Assembly: GCA_032654565.1 (NCBI GenBank)
Contig: JAULAX010000015.1
Span: 1,184,001 to 1,248,000, forward strand
From: Anaeromyxobacteraceae bacterium
GTDB lineage: Bacteria > Myxococcota > Myxococcia > Myxococcales > Anaeromyxobacteraceae
Length of the DNA stretch: 64,000 nucleotides
Reading direction: 5' to 3'
Position numbers and translations under genes: made by a program. Every line of letters begins with the position of its first letter. The stretch's first letter is position 1. The notes beneath the pieces were generated by a model. It was not told the origin of the DNA. It worked only from the letters and a program-made list of their open reading frames with translations, and did no database searches. Shown here in pieces: positions 28,258-38,068 of the stretch.

Positions 28258-29478
28258 TCACCCGTGATGCGGGTTGGCCCACTCGATGCGCGAGAGGTCG
28301 ACCCCGTCCTTGACCATCTCGTAGAGGGGGCTCATCTCGCGCAGCTTCTTCACCTTGGCGATCACCAAACCTATGACGAAGTCGACCTCCTCCGCCGTGG
28401 TGAATCGTCCCAGGCCGAAGCGGATGGAGCTGTGGGCCAGGTCGTCGCCGATCCCCATGGCCCGCAGCACGTAGGACGGCTCCAGCGAGGCCGAGGTGCA
28501 GGCCGATCCGGACGAGACCGCCACGTCCTTGATGGCCATCATCATGGCCTCCCCCTCCACGTAGGCGAAGCTGACGTTGAGGTTGCCGGCCAGGCGGTGC
28601 TCGGGCGAGCCGTTCAGGGTGAGCAGGTCGAGGCCCTCCTGCAGGCCGCGCCAGAGCCGCTCCCGCAGCGCCAGCACCCGCGCCGCCTCGGCCTCCCGCT
28701 CCCGGCCGGCCAGCGCGCAGGCCGCGCCGAAGCCGACGATGCCGGGGACGTTGAGGGTGCCGGAGCGGAAGCCGCGCTCGTGGCCGCCGCCGTCCATCTG
28801 GGCCACCAGCCGGACCCGCGGCTTGCGCCGGATGTAGAGGGCCCCCACGCCCTTGGGGCCGTAGAGCTTGTGGGCCGAGAGCGAGGCCAGGTCGACCCTG
28901 GCCGCCTCGACGTCGAAGGGGAGCTTGCCGACGCTCTGCACGGCGTCGCAGTGGAAGAGCACGCCGGCGGCCCGGGTGATGGCGCCGATGGCCTCGATGG
29001 GCTGGATCACGCCGGTCTCGTTGTTGGCGTGCATCACCGAGACCAGCACGGTGTCGGGGCGCAGCGCCGCCTGCACCGCGGCCGGGTCGACGCGGCCGTC
29101 GCCGGCCACCGGCAGGATGGTCACCGTCCAGCCGTCGCGCTCCAGGGCGTGCATGGAGTCGAGCACCGCCTTGTGCTCGGTGGCCACGGTGATGAGGTGG
29201 CGCCCCTTCTCCTGGTAGAAGCGGGCCGCCCCCTTGATGGCCAGGTTGTTCGACTCGGTGGCGCCGGAGGTCCAGACCAGCTCCTTCGGCGACGCCCCGA
29301 TCAGGGCGGCCACCTGGGCCCGGGCCTCCTCCACCGCCTCCTCGGCCCGCCACCCGAAGGCGTGGCTCTTGGACGAGGCGTTGCCGAACTCACCCTTGAA
29401 GTAGGGGAGCATGGCGTCCAGCACCCGGGGATCGACCGGGGTGGTCGCGTGGCAATCCATGTAGATGGGCAGCTTCAT
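28258..29478 (-). CDS. iscS: Cysteine desulfurase
   Basis: [27 protein letters not shown]. Confidence 0.96.
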   Translation of the reverse strand: MKLPIYMDCHATTPVDPRVLDAMLPYFKGEFGNASSKSHAFGWRAEEAVEEARAQVAALIGASPKELVWTSGATESNNLAIKGAARFYQEKGRHLITVATEHKAVLDSMHALERDGWTVTILPVAGDGRVDPAAVQAALRPDTVLVSVMHANNETGVIQPIEAIGAITRAAGVLFHCDAVQSVGKLPFDVEAARVDLASLSAHKLYGPKGVGALYIRRKPRVRLVAQMDGGGHERGFRSGTLNVPGIVGFGAACALAGREREAEAARVLALRERLWRGLQEGLDLLTLNGSPEHRLAGNLNVSFAYVEGEAMMMAIKDVAVSSGSACTSASLEPSYVLRAMGIGDDLAHSSIRFGLGRFTTAEEVDFVIGLVIAKVKKLREMSPLYEMVKDGVDLSRIEWANPHHG

Positions 29479-29521
29479 CGGGCTCGCTGACCGCTCGAGG
29501 TTGGGTCGCCCCGAGGGGGGA

Positions 29522-29546
29522 ATACTGGACGGTCTTGGTCGTTTAT
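29522..29546. promoter_or_regulatory. IscR type-1-like operator
   Basis: ATACTGGACGGTCTTGGTCGTTTAT: 25 bp, keeping the ATA..GAC-N7-GTC..TAT frame of the type-1 consensus. Confidence 0.55.
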
Positions 29547-29636
29547 CTTGAAGGGTCCCACCCGGTCAAGGGGCAGGCACCTCACAAATCCCGGGCGGAA
29601 CAGACGATTTTGGAATAGAAGCGGGCCAGAGACGCC

Positions 29637-30968
29637 ATGAAGAAGCGCATCCGACTCGCCCTCGCCCTGGCCACCGTGGCGGCCGTCTTCTGGCTGCCCG
29701 ACCTGATGGGCGCCGGCCCCACCGGACCCACCGGCGACCTGGCCCTGGGGGCCCTGCTGGGAAGCGGCTCCTGGCTGGCCTTCGTGGTCGCCTTCGCCGG
29801 GGGGGTCCTGACCAGCCTGACCCCGTGCGTCTACCCGCTCATCCCCATCACCGTCTCGGTCTTCGGGGCCCGCAAGGCCGGCTCGCGCGGCGAGGCGGCC
29901 TTCCTCTCCGGGCTCTACGTCTTCGGCATCGCCGTCACCTACTCGGCGCTCGGCGTCGGGGCGGCGCTCACCGGCAAGGCCTTCGGCGGGGTGATGCAGA
30001 ACGGCTGGGTCATGGGGGGCGTGATCCTGCTGCTGACGCTGATGGCCGCCTCGATGTTCGGCGCCTTCGAGCTGGCGCTCCCCTCCTTCGTCCACGAGCG
30101 GCTCAACCGGGTGGGCGGCACCGGGCGGGTCGGCGCCTTCGGCATGGGGCTGGTGGCCGGGGTCATCGCCGCCCCCTGCACCGGGCCGGTGCTGGCCGCG
30201 GCGCTCACCTTCATCGCCGCCCAGGGGTCGGTGGGGCTCGGCCTCGCCATCATGTTCCCCTACGCGCTGGGGATGGGGCTGCTCTTCTTCCTCATCGGCG
30301 CCTTCTCGGTGTCGCTGCCCAAGAGCGGCGCCTGGATGGAGACGGTCAAGTCGATCTTCGGCGCGGCGCTGCTGGCCATGGCCGGCCTCTACCTGAAGGA
30401 CCTGGTGCCGGCCCTGCGGCCGCTCTTCTCGGCGGCGCCCACCGCGGCGCTGCTGGCGGCGGTGGCGGCCGGGCTGGGGGTGCTGGTCGGCGCCCTCCAC
30501 CTGAGCTTCCACGCCACGGCCGGCGAGCGGGCCTTGAAGGCGCTGGGGGTGGCGCTGCTGGTGGGCGGGGTGGTCTACGGCGCCGGCGCCGCCGGGGCCC
30601 GCGAGCGGGTCCGGGCCGGGGCCGGCTTCACCTGGCTCCACTCCGAGCCGGAGGCGGTGGCGCTGGCCCGCGCCCAGGGGCGGCCGGTGATCATCGACTT
30701 CTGGGCCGAGTGGTGCACCGCCTGCAAGGAGCTGGACCGGGTGGCCTGGGCCGACCCGCGGGTGCGCGAGGAGGCGGCCCGCTTCGTCAGCGTCAAGGTG
30801 GACGGCACCGAGGCCACCGACGAGGTGCTGGCCATCCACGAGCGGTACCGGGTGCCGGGGATGCCCACCGTGGTCTTCATCGACTCGCAGGGGCGCGAGG
30901 TGGCCGACCGGGTCATCGGCGCCGTCGAGGCCGAAGAGATGCTGCAGCGGCTCCGCGCCGTGCGCTAG
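29637..30968 (+). CDS. dsbD: DsbD/CcdA-type disulfide reductase with thioredoxin domain
   Basis: TPCVYPLIP, APCTGPVL, LPKSGAWM, DFWAEWCTACK. No N-terminal alpha domain. Confidence 0.85.
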   Translation: MKKRIRLALALATVAAVFWLPDLMGAGPTGPTGDLALGALLGSGSWLAFVVAFAGGVLTSLTPCVYPLIPITVSVFGARKAGSRGEAAFLSGLYVFGIAVTYSALGVGAALTGKAFGGVMQNGWVMGGVILLLTLMAASMFGAFELALPSFVHERLNRVGGTGRVGAFGMGLVAGVIAAPCTGPVLAAALTFIAAQGSVGLGLAIMFPYALGMGLLFFLIGAFSVSLPKSGAWMETVKSIFGAALLAMAGLYLKDLVPALRPLFSAAPTAALLAAVAAGLGVLVGALHLSFHATAGERALKALGVALLVGGVVYGAGAAGARERVRAGAGFTWLHSEPEAVALARAQGRPVIIDFWAEWCTACKELDRVAWADPRVREEAARFVSVKVDGTEATDEVLAIHERYRVPGMPTVVFIDSQGREVADRVIGAVEAEEMLQRLRAVR

Positions 30969-31004
30969 CCGGGCTCGTCGACGGTGCCCGGGCGGCGGCC
31001 GCGC

Positions 31005-31664
31005 CTAGTACAGCCGCCAGGTGGCGGTGACCACCAGCTCCGGCAGCACCTGCCCGGCGCGCATGGGGGCCCCGCCGGTCCCGCCCCGCCAGGCCAGCGA
31101 GCCGCGCACGCCCAGCGCCACCCGGTCGTAGAGCGGCGCCTCGTAGCTCACCGTCACCCGCGGCGAGACCCAGGTGCCGCCGCCGCGCCAGGTGGTGAGG
31201 GTGAGCGGCAGGTCGAGGGCCACCGCCAGCAGCCCCACCCCGCGCGACGAGAAGGCCAGGCCGGGGACCACCTGCAGCCCGCGGTCGGAGCGGTTGTCGT
31301 CGTAGATGAGCGTGGCTCCGCCGTCCAGGTACCAGCCGAGCGAGAGCCGGCTGGCCACGTCCCAGCCCCCGACCCGGCCCAGCTGGTGGTGCCAGAAGGC
31401 CCCCAGCACCAGCTCGCTGGTGGTCCAGTTGACCTGGCCGAAGCCGCCCAGGTCGTCGGCGCTGGTCAGCCCCTGGGCGTAGGCCCCCCCCAGGCTGGCG
31501 AAGCCGCCGGTGGCGAGCGCCACCGAGCTGCCGCGCAGCGTCTCGCCGCCCAGCAGGGAGGGGAAGGGCTCGCCGGCGTCGGCCGGCGCGGCCGGGGTGC
31601 CGGCCCGGGCCAGGCTGGGGGCGGCGAGGAGGAGCAGCGTCACGGTGGCGGCGGTGCGGAGCAT
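31005..31664 (-). CDS. Secreted protein, probable small outer-membrane beta-barrel
   Basis: Signal peptide, amphipathic strands, aromatic C-terminus (VTATWRLY). Confidence 0.6.
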   Translation of the reverse strand: MLRTAATVTLLLLAAPSLARAGTPAAPADAGEPFPSLLGGETLRGSSVALATGGFASLGGAYAQGLTSADDLGGFGQVNWTTSELVLGAFWHHQLGRVGGWDVASRLSLGWYLDGGATLIYDDNRSDRGLQVVPGLAFSSRGVGLLAVALDLPLTLTTWRGGGTWVSPRVTVSYEAPLYDRVALGVRGSLAWRGGTGGAPMRAGQVLPELVVTATWRLY

Positions 31665-31787
31665 TCGGTTCCCTTCCGGTCTGGTTGGGGATTCTACTCG
31701 CGACCGGGGGGATTCCTGCCGGGCATGGCGGGGTGCGTGATCGGGTTGACAGGGCGGGCGCCCCCCTGCTACTTCGTGGCCCCCATC

Positions 31788-31871
31788 GCCCAGGTGGCGA
31801 AACTGGTAGACGCACCAGATTCAGGGTCTGGCGGCTTCAAAACCGTGGAGGTTCGAATCCTCTCCTGGGCA
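31788..31871 (+). tRNA. tRNA-Leu(CAG)
   Basis: GCCCAGG/CCTGGGC acceptor stem, CCAGA-TT-CAG-GG-TCTGG anticodon arm, long variable arm, GTTCGAATC. TTGACA at 31746. CCA not encoded. Confidence 0.96.
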
Positions 31872-31873
31872 CT

Positions 31874-31916
31874 CGAGGCCGGCGTGGCGCAGATCGCCCC
31901 GCCGGCCTCGTCCTTT
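31874..31916 (+). terminator. Intrinsic terminator after tRNA-Leu
   Basis: CGAGGCCGGCG...CGCCGGCCTCG stem followed by TCCTTT. Confidence 0.6.
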
Positions 31917-31984
31917 CCGGGCCCCGCCCGCCGCCGCCGCCCCCCGGGGCCGGGCCCGCCGCCCGCTTGATCTCCGCGCCCGTT

Positions 31985-31998
31985 TGCATGATTATGCA
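31985..31998 (+). promoter_or_regulatory. ARG box (ArgR operator)
   Basis: TGCATGATTATGCA palindrome over the -10 of TTGATC-N17-GATTAT, just before argC. Confidence 0.8.
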
Positions 31999-32003
31999 GC
32001 GTC

Positions 32004-33038
32004 ATGCAAACGATCACCGCCGCCGTCATCGGCGCCTCCGGCTACTCCGGGCTCGAGCTGACCCGCCTGCTGGCCCGCCACCCGCGGGTGCGGGTCACCG
32101 CCCTCACCTCCGACCGCTGGGCCGGCGAGGCCGCCGGGGCCCGCCTGCCGCTCCCCGCCGCGGTGGCGGCGCTCCCCTACCTGCCGCTGGCCGGCAGCGA
32201 GGCGGTGGACGCCGAGGTGGCCTTCCTGGCCACCCCCGCCGAGGTCTCGCACGAGCTGGCGCCGAAGCTGCTGGCCCGCGGCCTGCGCGTCGTCGACCTC
32301 TCCGGCGCCTTCCGGCTGGCCGACGCCGCCGCCTACCCGGGCTGGTACGGCTTCACCCACCAGCACCCGGCGCTGCTGGCCGAGGCCCGCTACGGCCTTC
32401 CCGAGCTGGCCCGGGCCCAGCTCGGCGGCGCCCGCCTGGTCACCAACCCCGGCTGCTACGCCACCGCCATCGCCCTGGCGGTGGCCCCGCTGGTGAAGAG
32501 CGGCCTCTGCTCGGCCGCCGGCATCGCCGTCACCGGCCTCTCCGGCGTCAGCGGCGCCGGGCGCAAGGCCAGCGAGGAGTACAGCTTCGGCGAGGTGGAC
32601 GAGGACCTGCGCGCCTACCGGATCGGCCGGCACCAGCACGTCCCGGAGATCGAGCAGACGGTGGCCCGCTTCGCCGGCGCCTGCGGCGGCCTCTCCTTCA
32701 CGCCGGTGCTCATCCCCATCCGGCGCGGCATCCTGGCCTCCTGCGTGCTGCGGCTGGCCGGGAAGCCCAGCGCCGGTGACCTGGCCCAGGCCCTGGAGGC
32801 CGCCTACGCCGGCGAGCCCTTCGTGAAGGTGCTGGCCGCCGACCGGGTGATGGTGAAGGACGTGGCCCGCACCAACCGCGCCCACGTCGGGGTGGCGCTC
32901 GACGCCCGGGCCGGGGTGGCGGTGGCGGTCTCGGCCATCGACAACCTGGTCAAGGGGGCGGCCGGGCAGGCGGTGCAGGCCATGAACGCGGCGCTGGGCT
33001 GGCCCGAGGCCACCGGCCTCGACCTGCTGGGGGGCTGA
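32004..33038 (+). CDS. argC: N-acetyl-gamma-glutamyl-phosphate reductase
   Basis: GASGYSG, DLSGAFRL, NPGCY, SGVSGAG, DNLVKGAAGQAVQ. Confidence 0.96.
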   Translation: MQTITAAVIGASGYSGLELTRLLARHPRVRVTALTSDRWAGEAAGARLPLPAAVAALPYLPLAGSEAVDAEVAFLATPAEVSHELAPKLLARGLRVVDLSGAFRLADAAAYPGWYGFTHQHPALLAEARYGLPELARAQLGGARLVTNPGCYATAIALAVAPLVKSGLCSAAGIAVTGLSGVSGAGRKASEEYSFGEVDEDLRAYRIGRHQHVPEIEQTVARFAGACGGLSFTPVLIPIRRGILASCVLRLAGKPSAGDLAQALEAAYAGEPFVKVLAADRVMVKDVARTNRAHVGVALDARAGVAVAVSAIDNLVKGAAGQAVQAMNAALGWPEATGLDLLGG

Positions 33039-33105
33039 GCGTGCTCGCCTCGCCTCGGTCCCGGCGTTCTCGCCACGACCTCCTGCCTGGGGAAAGGCAC
33101 TCGTC

Positions 33106-35205
33106 ATGAAGATCCCTCGTGGCTTCCGCTTCGGCGGCGTGGCCTGCGGGCTGAAGCCGGCCCGGCGCGATCTCGCCCTCATCGTCTCCGACGTCCCGGC
33201 CGCCGGCGCCGGGGTCTTCACCGTCAACCGCGCCGCCGCCGCCCCGGTCCTCGACGCCCGCGGGCGGATGCCGGCCGAGGGGTTCCGCGCCGTGGTGGCC
33301 AACTCCGGCAACGCCAACGCCCTGACCGGCCCGGGCGGGCTCGACGACGTGCAGGTGATCCGCGGCGCGGTGGCCGACCTGCTCGGGGTGCAGAAGCGGG
33401 CGGTGCTGACCGCCTCCACCGGGGTCATCGGGGTGCGGCTGCCGGCCATGAAGGTGGTGACGGCGCTGCCCGGCCTGGTGGAGGGGCTCGGCGACCACGC
33501 CGACCACGCCGCCGAGGCCATCATGACCACCGACACCCGGCGCAAGCTGGCCTCGCGCGAGCTGGTGCTGGGGGGCAAGAACGCCACCGTCGCCTGCGTC
33601 GCCAAGGGCTCGGGCATGCTGGCCCCCCAGCTGGCCACCACCCTGGCCTTCGTGGTCACCGACGTGGCCATCACCCCCAGGCTGCTGCAGGAGGTGCTGG
33701 TCCGCGCCGTCCACGCCACCTTCAACATGCTGACGGTGGACGGCGAGATGTCCACCAACGACACCGTGCTGGTGCTGGCCAACGGCCTGGCCGGAAACCC
33801 GCGCCTGGCCGAGCCCTCGCCGGACCTGGCGCTCTTCGAGGCCGCCCTCACCGACCTGCTCGGCGAGCTGGCCCGGGCCATGGCCGCCGACGGCGAGGGG
33901 GCCACCAAGCTCTGCGAGGTGGTGGTGGCCGGCGCGCCCAGCGACGAGGCGGCCCGCGACGTGGCCCGGGCCATCGCCCACTCGCCGCTGGTGAAGGCCT
34001 CGCTCTTCGGCGCCGACCCCAACTGGGGGCGGGTGCTGGCCACGGTGGGGAGCCGGGCCGGCTCGCAGGGCTGGGACATCGACCCCTACAAGGCGCGGGT
34101 CTCGCTGCAGGGGGTGCTGGTCTTCACCGGCGGGGCCCCCACCGCCTTCGACGCCGAGTCGCTGCGGCTGCGGCTGCGCGAGCCGCGGGTGGACGTGCTG
34201 GTGGAGCTGGCCGACGGCGAGGCCCGGGCCACCGCCTGGGGCTGCGACCTCTCCTACGACTACGTGAAGATCAACGCCGACTACACCTCGATGATCGTGC
34301 AGACGCCCGACGGGATGATGGCCAAGGACGACAAGGTGGCCAACTACAGCCCGGCCTTCAAGCGGACGCTGCTGGTGGAGGCGCTCAAGTACATCGGCCA
34401 CTTCTCCGGGCAGATCGCGGTGATCAAGTACGGCGGCGCCGCCATGGTGAAGGAGAGCCTCAAGGTGGCCTTCGCCGAGGACATCGCCCTGCTCAAGAAG
34501 GTGGGGCTGAAGCCGGTGGTGATCCACGGCGGGGCGCTGGAGGTGACCCGCACCCTGGAGCAGCTGGGCGAGCGCTCCGAGTTCATCGACGGCATGCGGG
34601 TCACCGACGCCGCCAGCCTGCCGGTGGTGGAGATGGTGCTGACCGGCAAGGTGAACCAGGAGCTGGTGTCGCTGCTCAACGCCCGCAACGCCAACGCCGT
34701 GGGGCTGTCCGGCAAGGACGGCAAGCTGCTGCGCGCCGAGAGGCGCGGCCTGGAGAGCGGCGTCGACCTCGGCCTGGTGGGGCGGATCGTCGGGGTCAAC
34801 AAGCAGTTCCTCGAGCTGCTGCTCGACGGCGGCTACGTGCCGGTGATCTCGCCCATCGGCATCGCCGAGGACGGCACCGGCCTCTCCATCAACGCCGACG
34901 AGGTGGCCTCGGCGGTGGCGGCGGCGCTGGGGGCCAGGAAGCTCATCTACCTGACCGACGTGCCCGGGGTGCTGGAGTCGGCGCCCGACGGGGCGCTGAT
35001 CCGCCAGATCACCGGCGCCGAGCTGCGGCGGCGGGTGGAGGCCGGGGCCATCACCGGCGGCATGACCTGGAAGGTGGAGGCCATCGAGGCGGCGCTGGAC
35101 GGGGGCGTGGAGCGGGTCCACGTCCTCGACGGCCGGCAGCCGCACACCGTCATCGCCGAGCTCTTCACAGACCGCGGCGTGGGCACGCTGGTGACCCGGT
35201 CATGA
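33106..35205 (+). CDS. argJ: Fused ornithine acetyltransferase / acetylglutamate kinase (ArgJ-ArgB)
   Basis: ArgJ motifs STGVIG, IMTTDT, KGSGM, STND, DGEGATK, DPNWGR, in frame with ArgB motifs KYGG, HGG, GMRVTD, INAD, LTDVPG. Confidence 0.93.
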   Translation: MKIPRGFRFGGVACGLKPARRDLALIVSDVPAAGAGVFTVNRAAAAPVLDARGRMPAEGFRAVVANSGNANALTGPGGLDDVQVIRGAVADLLGVQKRAVLTASTGVIGVRLPAMKVVTALPGLVEGLGDHADHAAEAIMTTDTRRKLASRELVLGGKNATVACVAKGSGMLAPQLATTLAFVVTDVAITPRLLQEVLVRAVHATFNMLTVDGEMSTNDTVLVLANGLAGNPRLAEPSPDLALFEAALTDLLGELARAMAADGEGATKLCEVVVAGAPSDEAARDVARAIAHSPLVKASLFGADPNWGRVLATVGSRAGSQGWDIDPYKARVSLQGVLVFTGGAPTAFDAESLRLRLREPRVDVLVELADGEARATAWGCDLSYDYVKINADYTSMIVQTPDGMMAKDDKVANYSPAFKRTLLVEALKYIGHFSGQIAVIKYGGAAMVKESLKVAFAEDIALLKKVGLKPVVIHGGALEVTRTLEQLGERSEFIDGMRVTDAASLPVVEMVLTGKVNQELVSLLNARNANAVGLSGKDGKLLRAERRGLESGVDLGLVGRIVGVNKQFLELLLDGGYVPVISPIGIAEDGTGLSINADEVASAVAAALGARKLIYLTDVPGVLESAPDGALIRQITGAELRRRVEAGAITGGMTWKVEAIEAALDGGVERVHVLDGRQPHTVIAELFTDRGVGTLVTRS

Positions 35206-35676
35206 TGACCAGCGAGGCGCGCCGGCAGGCGGTGGCCCGCATCCTCACCGGGCGGCGCATCGCCACCCAGGAGGCGCTGCTCTCGGCGCTGCGGCGCGAG
35301 GGGTTCCGGGCCACCCAGGCCACGCTCTCGCGGGACCTGACCCGGCTCGGGGCCCGCCGGGTCTCGCGGCCGGACGGGGCCTGGTACGAGGTGGAGGGCG
35401 GGGCGGCGGAGCAGCGGGCCGCGGCGCTGCGCGGGCTGGTGCTGGGGATCGAGGCCAACGCCTCGCTGGCGGTGATCCGCACCGCGGTCGGCGCCGCCTC
35501 GGCGGTGGCCCGATTCCATCGACGACGCCCGGCTGGCCGAGGTGCTCGGCACCATCGCCGGCGACGACACCATCTTCGTGGCCCCGGCCGCGGGGGTGAC
35601 GCCGCGGAGGCTGGCGGCGCGGCTCGGCGAGGCGCTGGGGGTGGGCGCCCACCCGGGCGGGCCGACCCACCGCTGA
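35205..35676 (+). pseudogene. argR: Arginine repressor with a +1 frameshift (likely sequencing error)
   Basis: TQEAL...TQATLSRDL. An extra C at 35509-35511 moves GTIAGDDTIFV into another frame, which ends at TGA 35676. Confidence 0.88.
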
Positions 35677-35848
35677 GAGGCCGCCGGGTCCCTGGCCGGC
35701 TCGATCGCCGCGGGCCGATGTCGTCACGCGTGATGACATCCGGTCGCGCCGCGCACCTGCCTCGGCCCCGGCCCCGGCCCCGGAATGGCCCCGAACCAGG
35801 CCCGGCCGGGAGGTGGCGGCGCTCCGGCAGACGCACTAACCTCAGGCC

Positions 35849-36583
35849 ATGTCGCCGTCGACCATCCGCACCTGGGACCTCCCCACCCGGCTCTTCCACT
35901 GGACGCTGGCCGGGCTCTTCGTCGGCGCCTTCGCCGTCGCCCACCTGGCCGACGAGCACACCCCGGCCTTCGCCATCCACATGGTGCTCGGGCTCATCCT
36001 GCTGGCCGCCCTGGCCTTCCGCCTGGCCTGGGGGGTGGTCGGCTCGCGCCACGCCCGCTTCGGCGCCTTCCTCTACTCGCCGGCGGCGCTGGTCGGCTAC
36101 CTGAAGGACGCCTTCGCCGGCCGCGACCGGCCCACCCCCGGCCACAACCCCGGGTCCAGCTGGGCCATCTACGGGATGCTCCTGCTCCCGCTGGCGCTGG
36201 TCACCACCGGCGTCCTGGCGCAGCCGAAGCGCGAGCTCTTCGAGGACCTCCACGGCGCCCTCGGCTGGGTGATGCTGGCGGCGGTGGCGGCCCACCTGGC
36301 CGGGCTGGCCTTCCACACCTGGCGCCACCGCGAGAACATCGCCCTCTCCATGATCACCGGGCAGCGGCGCGGCGAGCCGGAGCAGGCCATCGGCTCCTCC
36401 CACCCGGTGGCGGCGCTGGTCTTCCTGGTGGTGGTGGGGGGCTGGGCGACGGTGGTGCTGCGCGGCCACGACCCGGTCGCCAAGGTGGTGCGGGTCCCCG
36501 CCCTCGGCCTCACCTTCCCGGTGGCGCAGAAGCCCCCCGAAGGCCCCCACGGCGACCGCGACGGCGACGACGACGGCGACTGA
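35849..36583 (+). CDS. Cytochrome b (Ni-hydrogenase b / b561-like)
   Basis: WDLPTRLFHW, HMVLG, GHNP, LH...AHLAG, ENI..SMITG. Confidence 0.88.
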   Translation: MSPSTIRTWDLPTRLFHWTLAGLFVGAFAVAHLADEHTPAFAIHMVLGLILLAALAFRLAWGVVGSRHARFGAFLYSPAALVGYLKDAFAGRDRPTPGHNPGSSWAIYGMLLLPLALVTTGVLAQPKRELFEDLHGALGWVMLAAVAAHLAGLAFHTWRHRENIALSMITGQRRGEPEQAIGSSHPVAALVFLVVVGGWATVVLRGHDPVAKVVRVPALGLTFPVAQKPPEGPHGDRDGDDDGD

Positions 36584-36610
36584 CGCGCCCCCCGGGGCGG
36601 CGAGCCCCGG

Positions 36611-37834
36611 CTACACCGCCCCGACCGCCGAGACCCGCTTCCACTCGGCGAAGGAGCGGGCCACGCAGTCCTCGATGGCCAGCCCGTCGAAGTAGTTCCC
36701 GGTCAGCATGAGCCGCCCCCCGGCCAGGTGGTGGTCGAGGTCGGCGACGATGCCGCCGTGCCCCAGCGCCGGCGAGGGGAGGGTGGCGCTCCGCTCGGCG
36801 AGGTGGAGCAGGTCGGCCTCGGTCACCTTCAGCACCTCCAGCGCCCGCCCCAGCCGCTCGGCCCGGGTCAGCCCGGGCCGGAAGTGGAAGGCGAAGCCGC
36901 GGCGGGCCGGGTCCGGGAAGGGGTCGCGGGTCACGCAGGAGAAGAACAGGTCGTCCATCGGCACCAGGAAGGCGCACGCCGGCATCCAGGCCTTCTCCCG
37001 CGGCAGCACCACGCCCAGGCTGTCCACCGTCACGGTGCCGATGCTGGAGAGGTGGGAGGCCAGCTCGCCGAACTGCGGGCGCAGCAGCGCCGCCGCGGCG
37101 TCGGGGGCGATGGCCAGCGCCAGCGCCGGCGCCAGGAGGGTGCGGCCGTCGCTGGTGGTCACCGCGAAGCCGTCGGACCGCCGGGCCACCGCCTGCACGC
37201 CCACGCCGGTCTCCACCGAGAGGCCGGGGGCCCGGGCGGCGGCGTCGGCCACCACCTGCAGCCCGCCCTCGAAGCCGAACGACTTGACGAAGTCCTGCCG
37301 CCGCGGCCGCTTCTTGAAGAGCGAGCCGGGGCCGGAGAGCGGGAAGCCGTCGGCCCGCTGCGAGGGGACCGCCGAGAGGAACGGCCCCAGCACCCGGTCG
37401 TAGTTGCCGCGCCCCAGCAGGCGGGAGAAGCGGGAGTAGATGGTCTGCCCCTCCTTGGAGGAGAGCAGCCCCACCGGCAGGTGGAGCGCCGCCTCCAGCC
37501 AGTTGAGCTGCAGCAGCACGCCGGGCGGGGTCATCCAGTGGTACTGGCCGTGCGAGAGCAGCCCCATGTGGGCGCGGGCCGGGCCGCGCTCGCGCACCTG
37601 CCCGGCCATGCCGGCGCCGACCACCACGTCGAGGAAGGCGGCGTAGGAGTTGTAGGTGGTGTGGGCGCCCAGCTCGAACCAGAAGCCGTCGGCGGTCCGC
37701 TCGGAGTGGAGGCAGCCCCCCAGCCGCCCCGACCGCTCCAGCAGCAGCACCCGGCGGCCGTCCTGCGCCGCCTTCCAGGCCAGCGACAGCCCGCTGATGC
37801 CGCCGCCCACCACCAGCACGTCGTGTGAAGCCAT
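36611..37834 (-). CDS. FAD-dependent oxidoreductase, HemY (proto/coproporphyrinogen oxidase)-like
   Basis: GGGISGL, ERSGRLGG, ELGAH, FEGGLQ, GNYFDGLAIEDCV. Confidence 0.75.
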   Translation of the reverse strand: MASHDVLVVGGGISGLSLAWKAAQDGRRVLLLERSGRLGGCLHSERTADGFWFELGAHTTYNSYAAFLDVVVGAGMAGQVRERGPARAHMGLLSHGQYHWMTPPGVLLQLNWLEAALHLPVGLLSSKEGQTIYSRFSRLLGRGNYDRVLGPFLSAVPSQRADGFPLSGPGSLFKKRPRRQDFVKSFGFEGGLQVVADAAARAPGLSVETGVGVQAVARRSDGFAVTTSDGRTLLAPALALAIAPDAAAALLRPQFGELASHLSSIGTVTVDSLGVVLPREKAWMPACAFLVPMDDLFFSCVTRDPFPDPARRGFAFHFRPGLTRAERLGRALEVLKVTEADLLHLAERSATLPSPALGHGGIVADLDHHLAGGRLMLTGNYFDGLAIEDCVARSFAEWKRVSAVGAV

Positions 37835-38068
37835 GTCGTCCGCGATCCGTTCCTGGCTCGCCGTGGAGCCGGCGAGAGGGGGACGATCTAGGCACCGATC
37901 GGCCCGCTGATCCAGAGGGGCGGGCGGTGACCCGGGGGGCGCGGCCGGCCCACGGCGCGGTGCGGCGTCGGGTCGCCGTCCGCTCGCGGGCCCCCGGAAT
38001 CACTGGCCTCGTCACCGCCGGTCGACTTTCTCCTTGCCGCCCCAGCCCGGCCCGGCCAAGGATGGCGA

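Noticed and set aside
31005..32004. Integrated element at tRNA-Leu (also considered for the tRNA-Ser genes)
   Set aside because: No integrase and no duplicated tRNA 3' end were seen; the flanking genes look like core genes.
35202..36104. 300-aa ArgR with a novel C-terminal domain
   Set aside because: Artefact of the +1 frameshift; the true C-terminus is in another frame.
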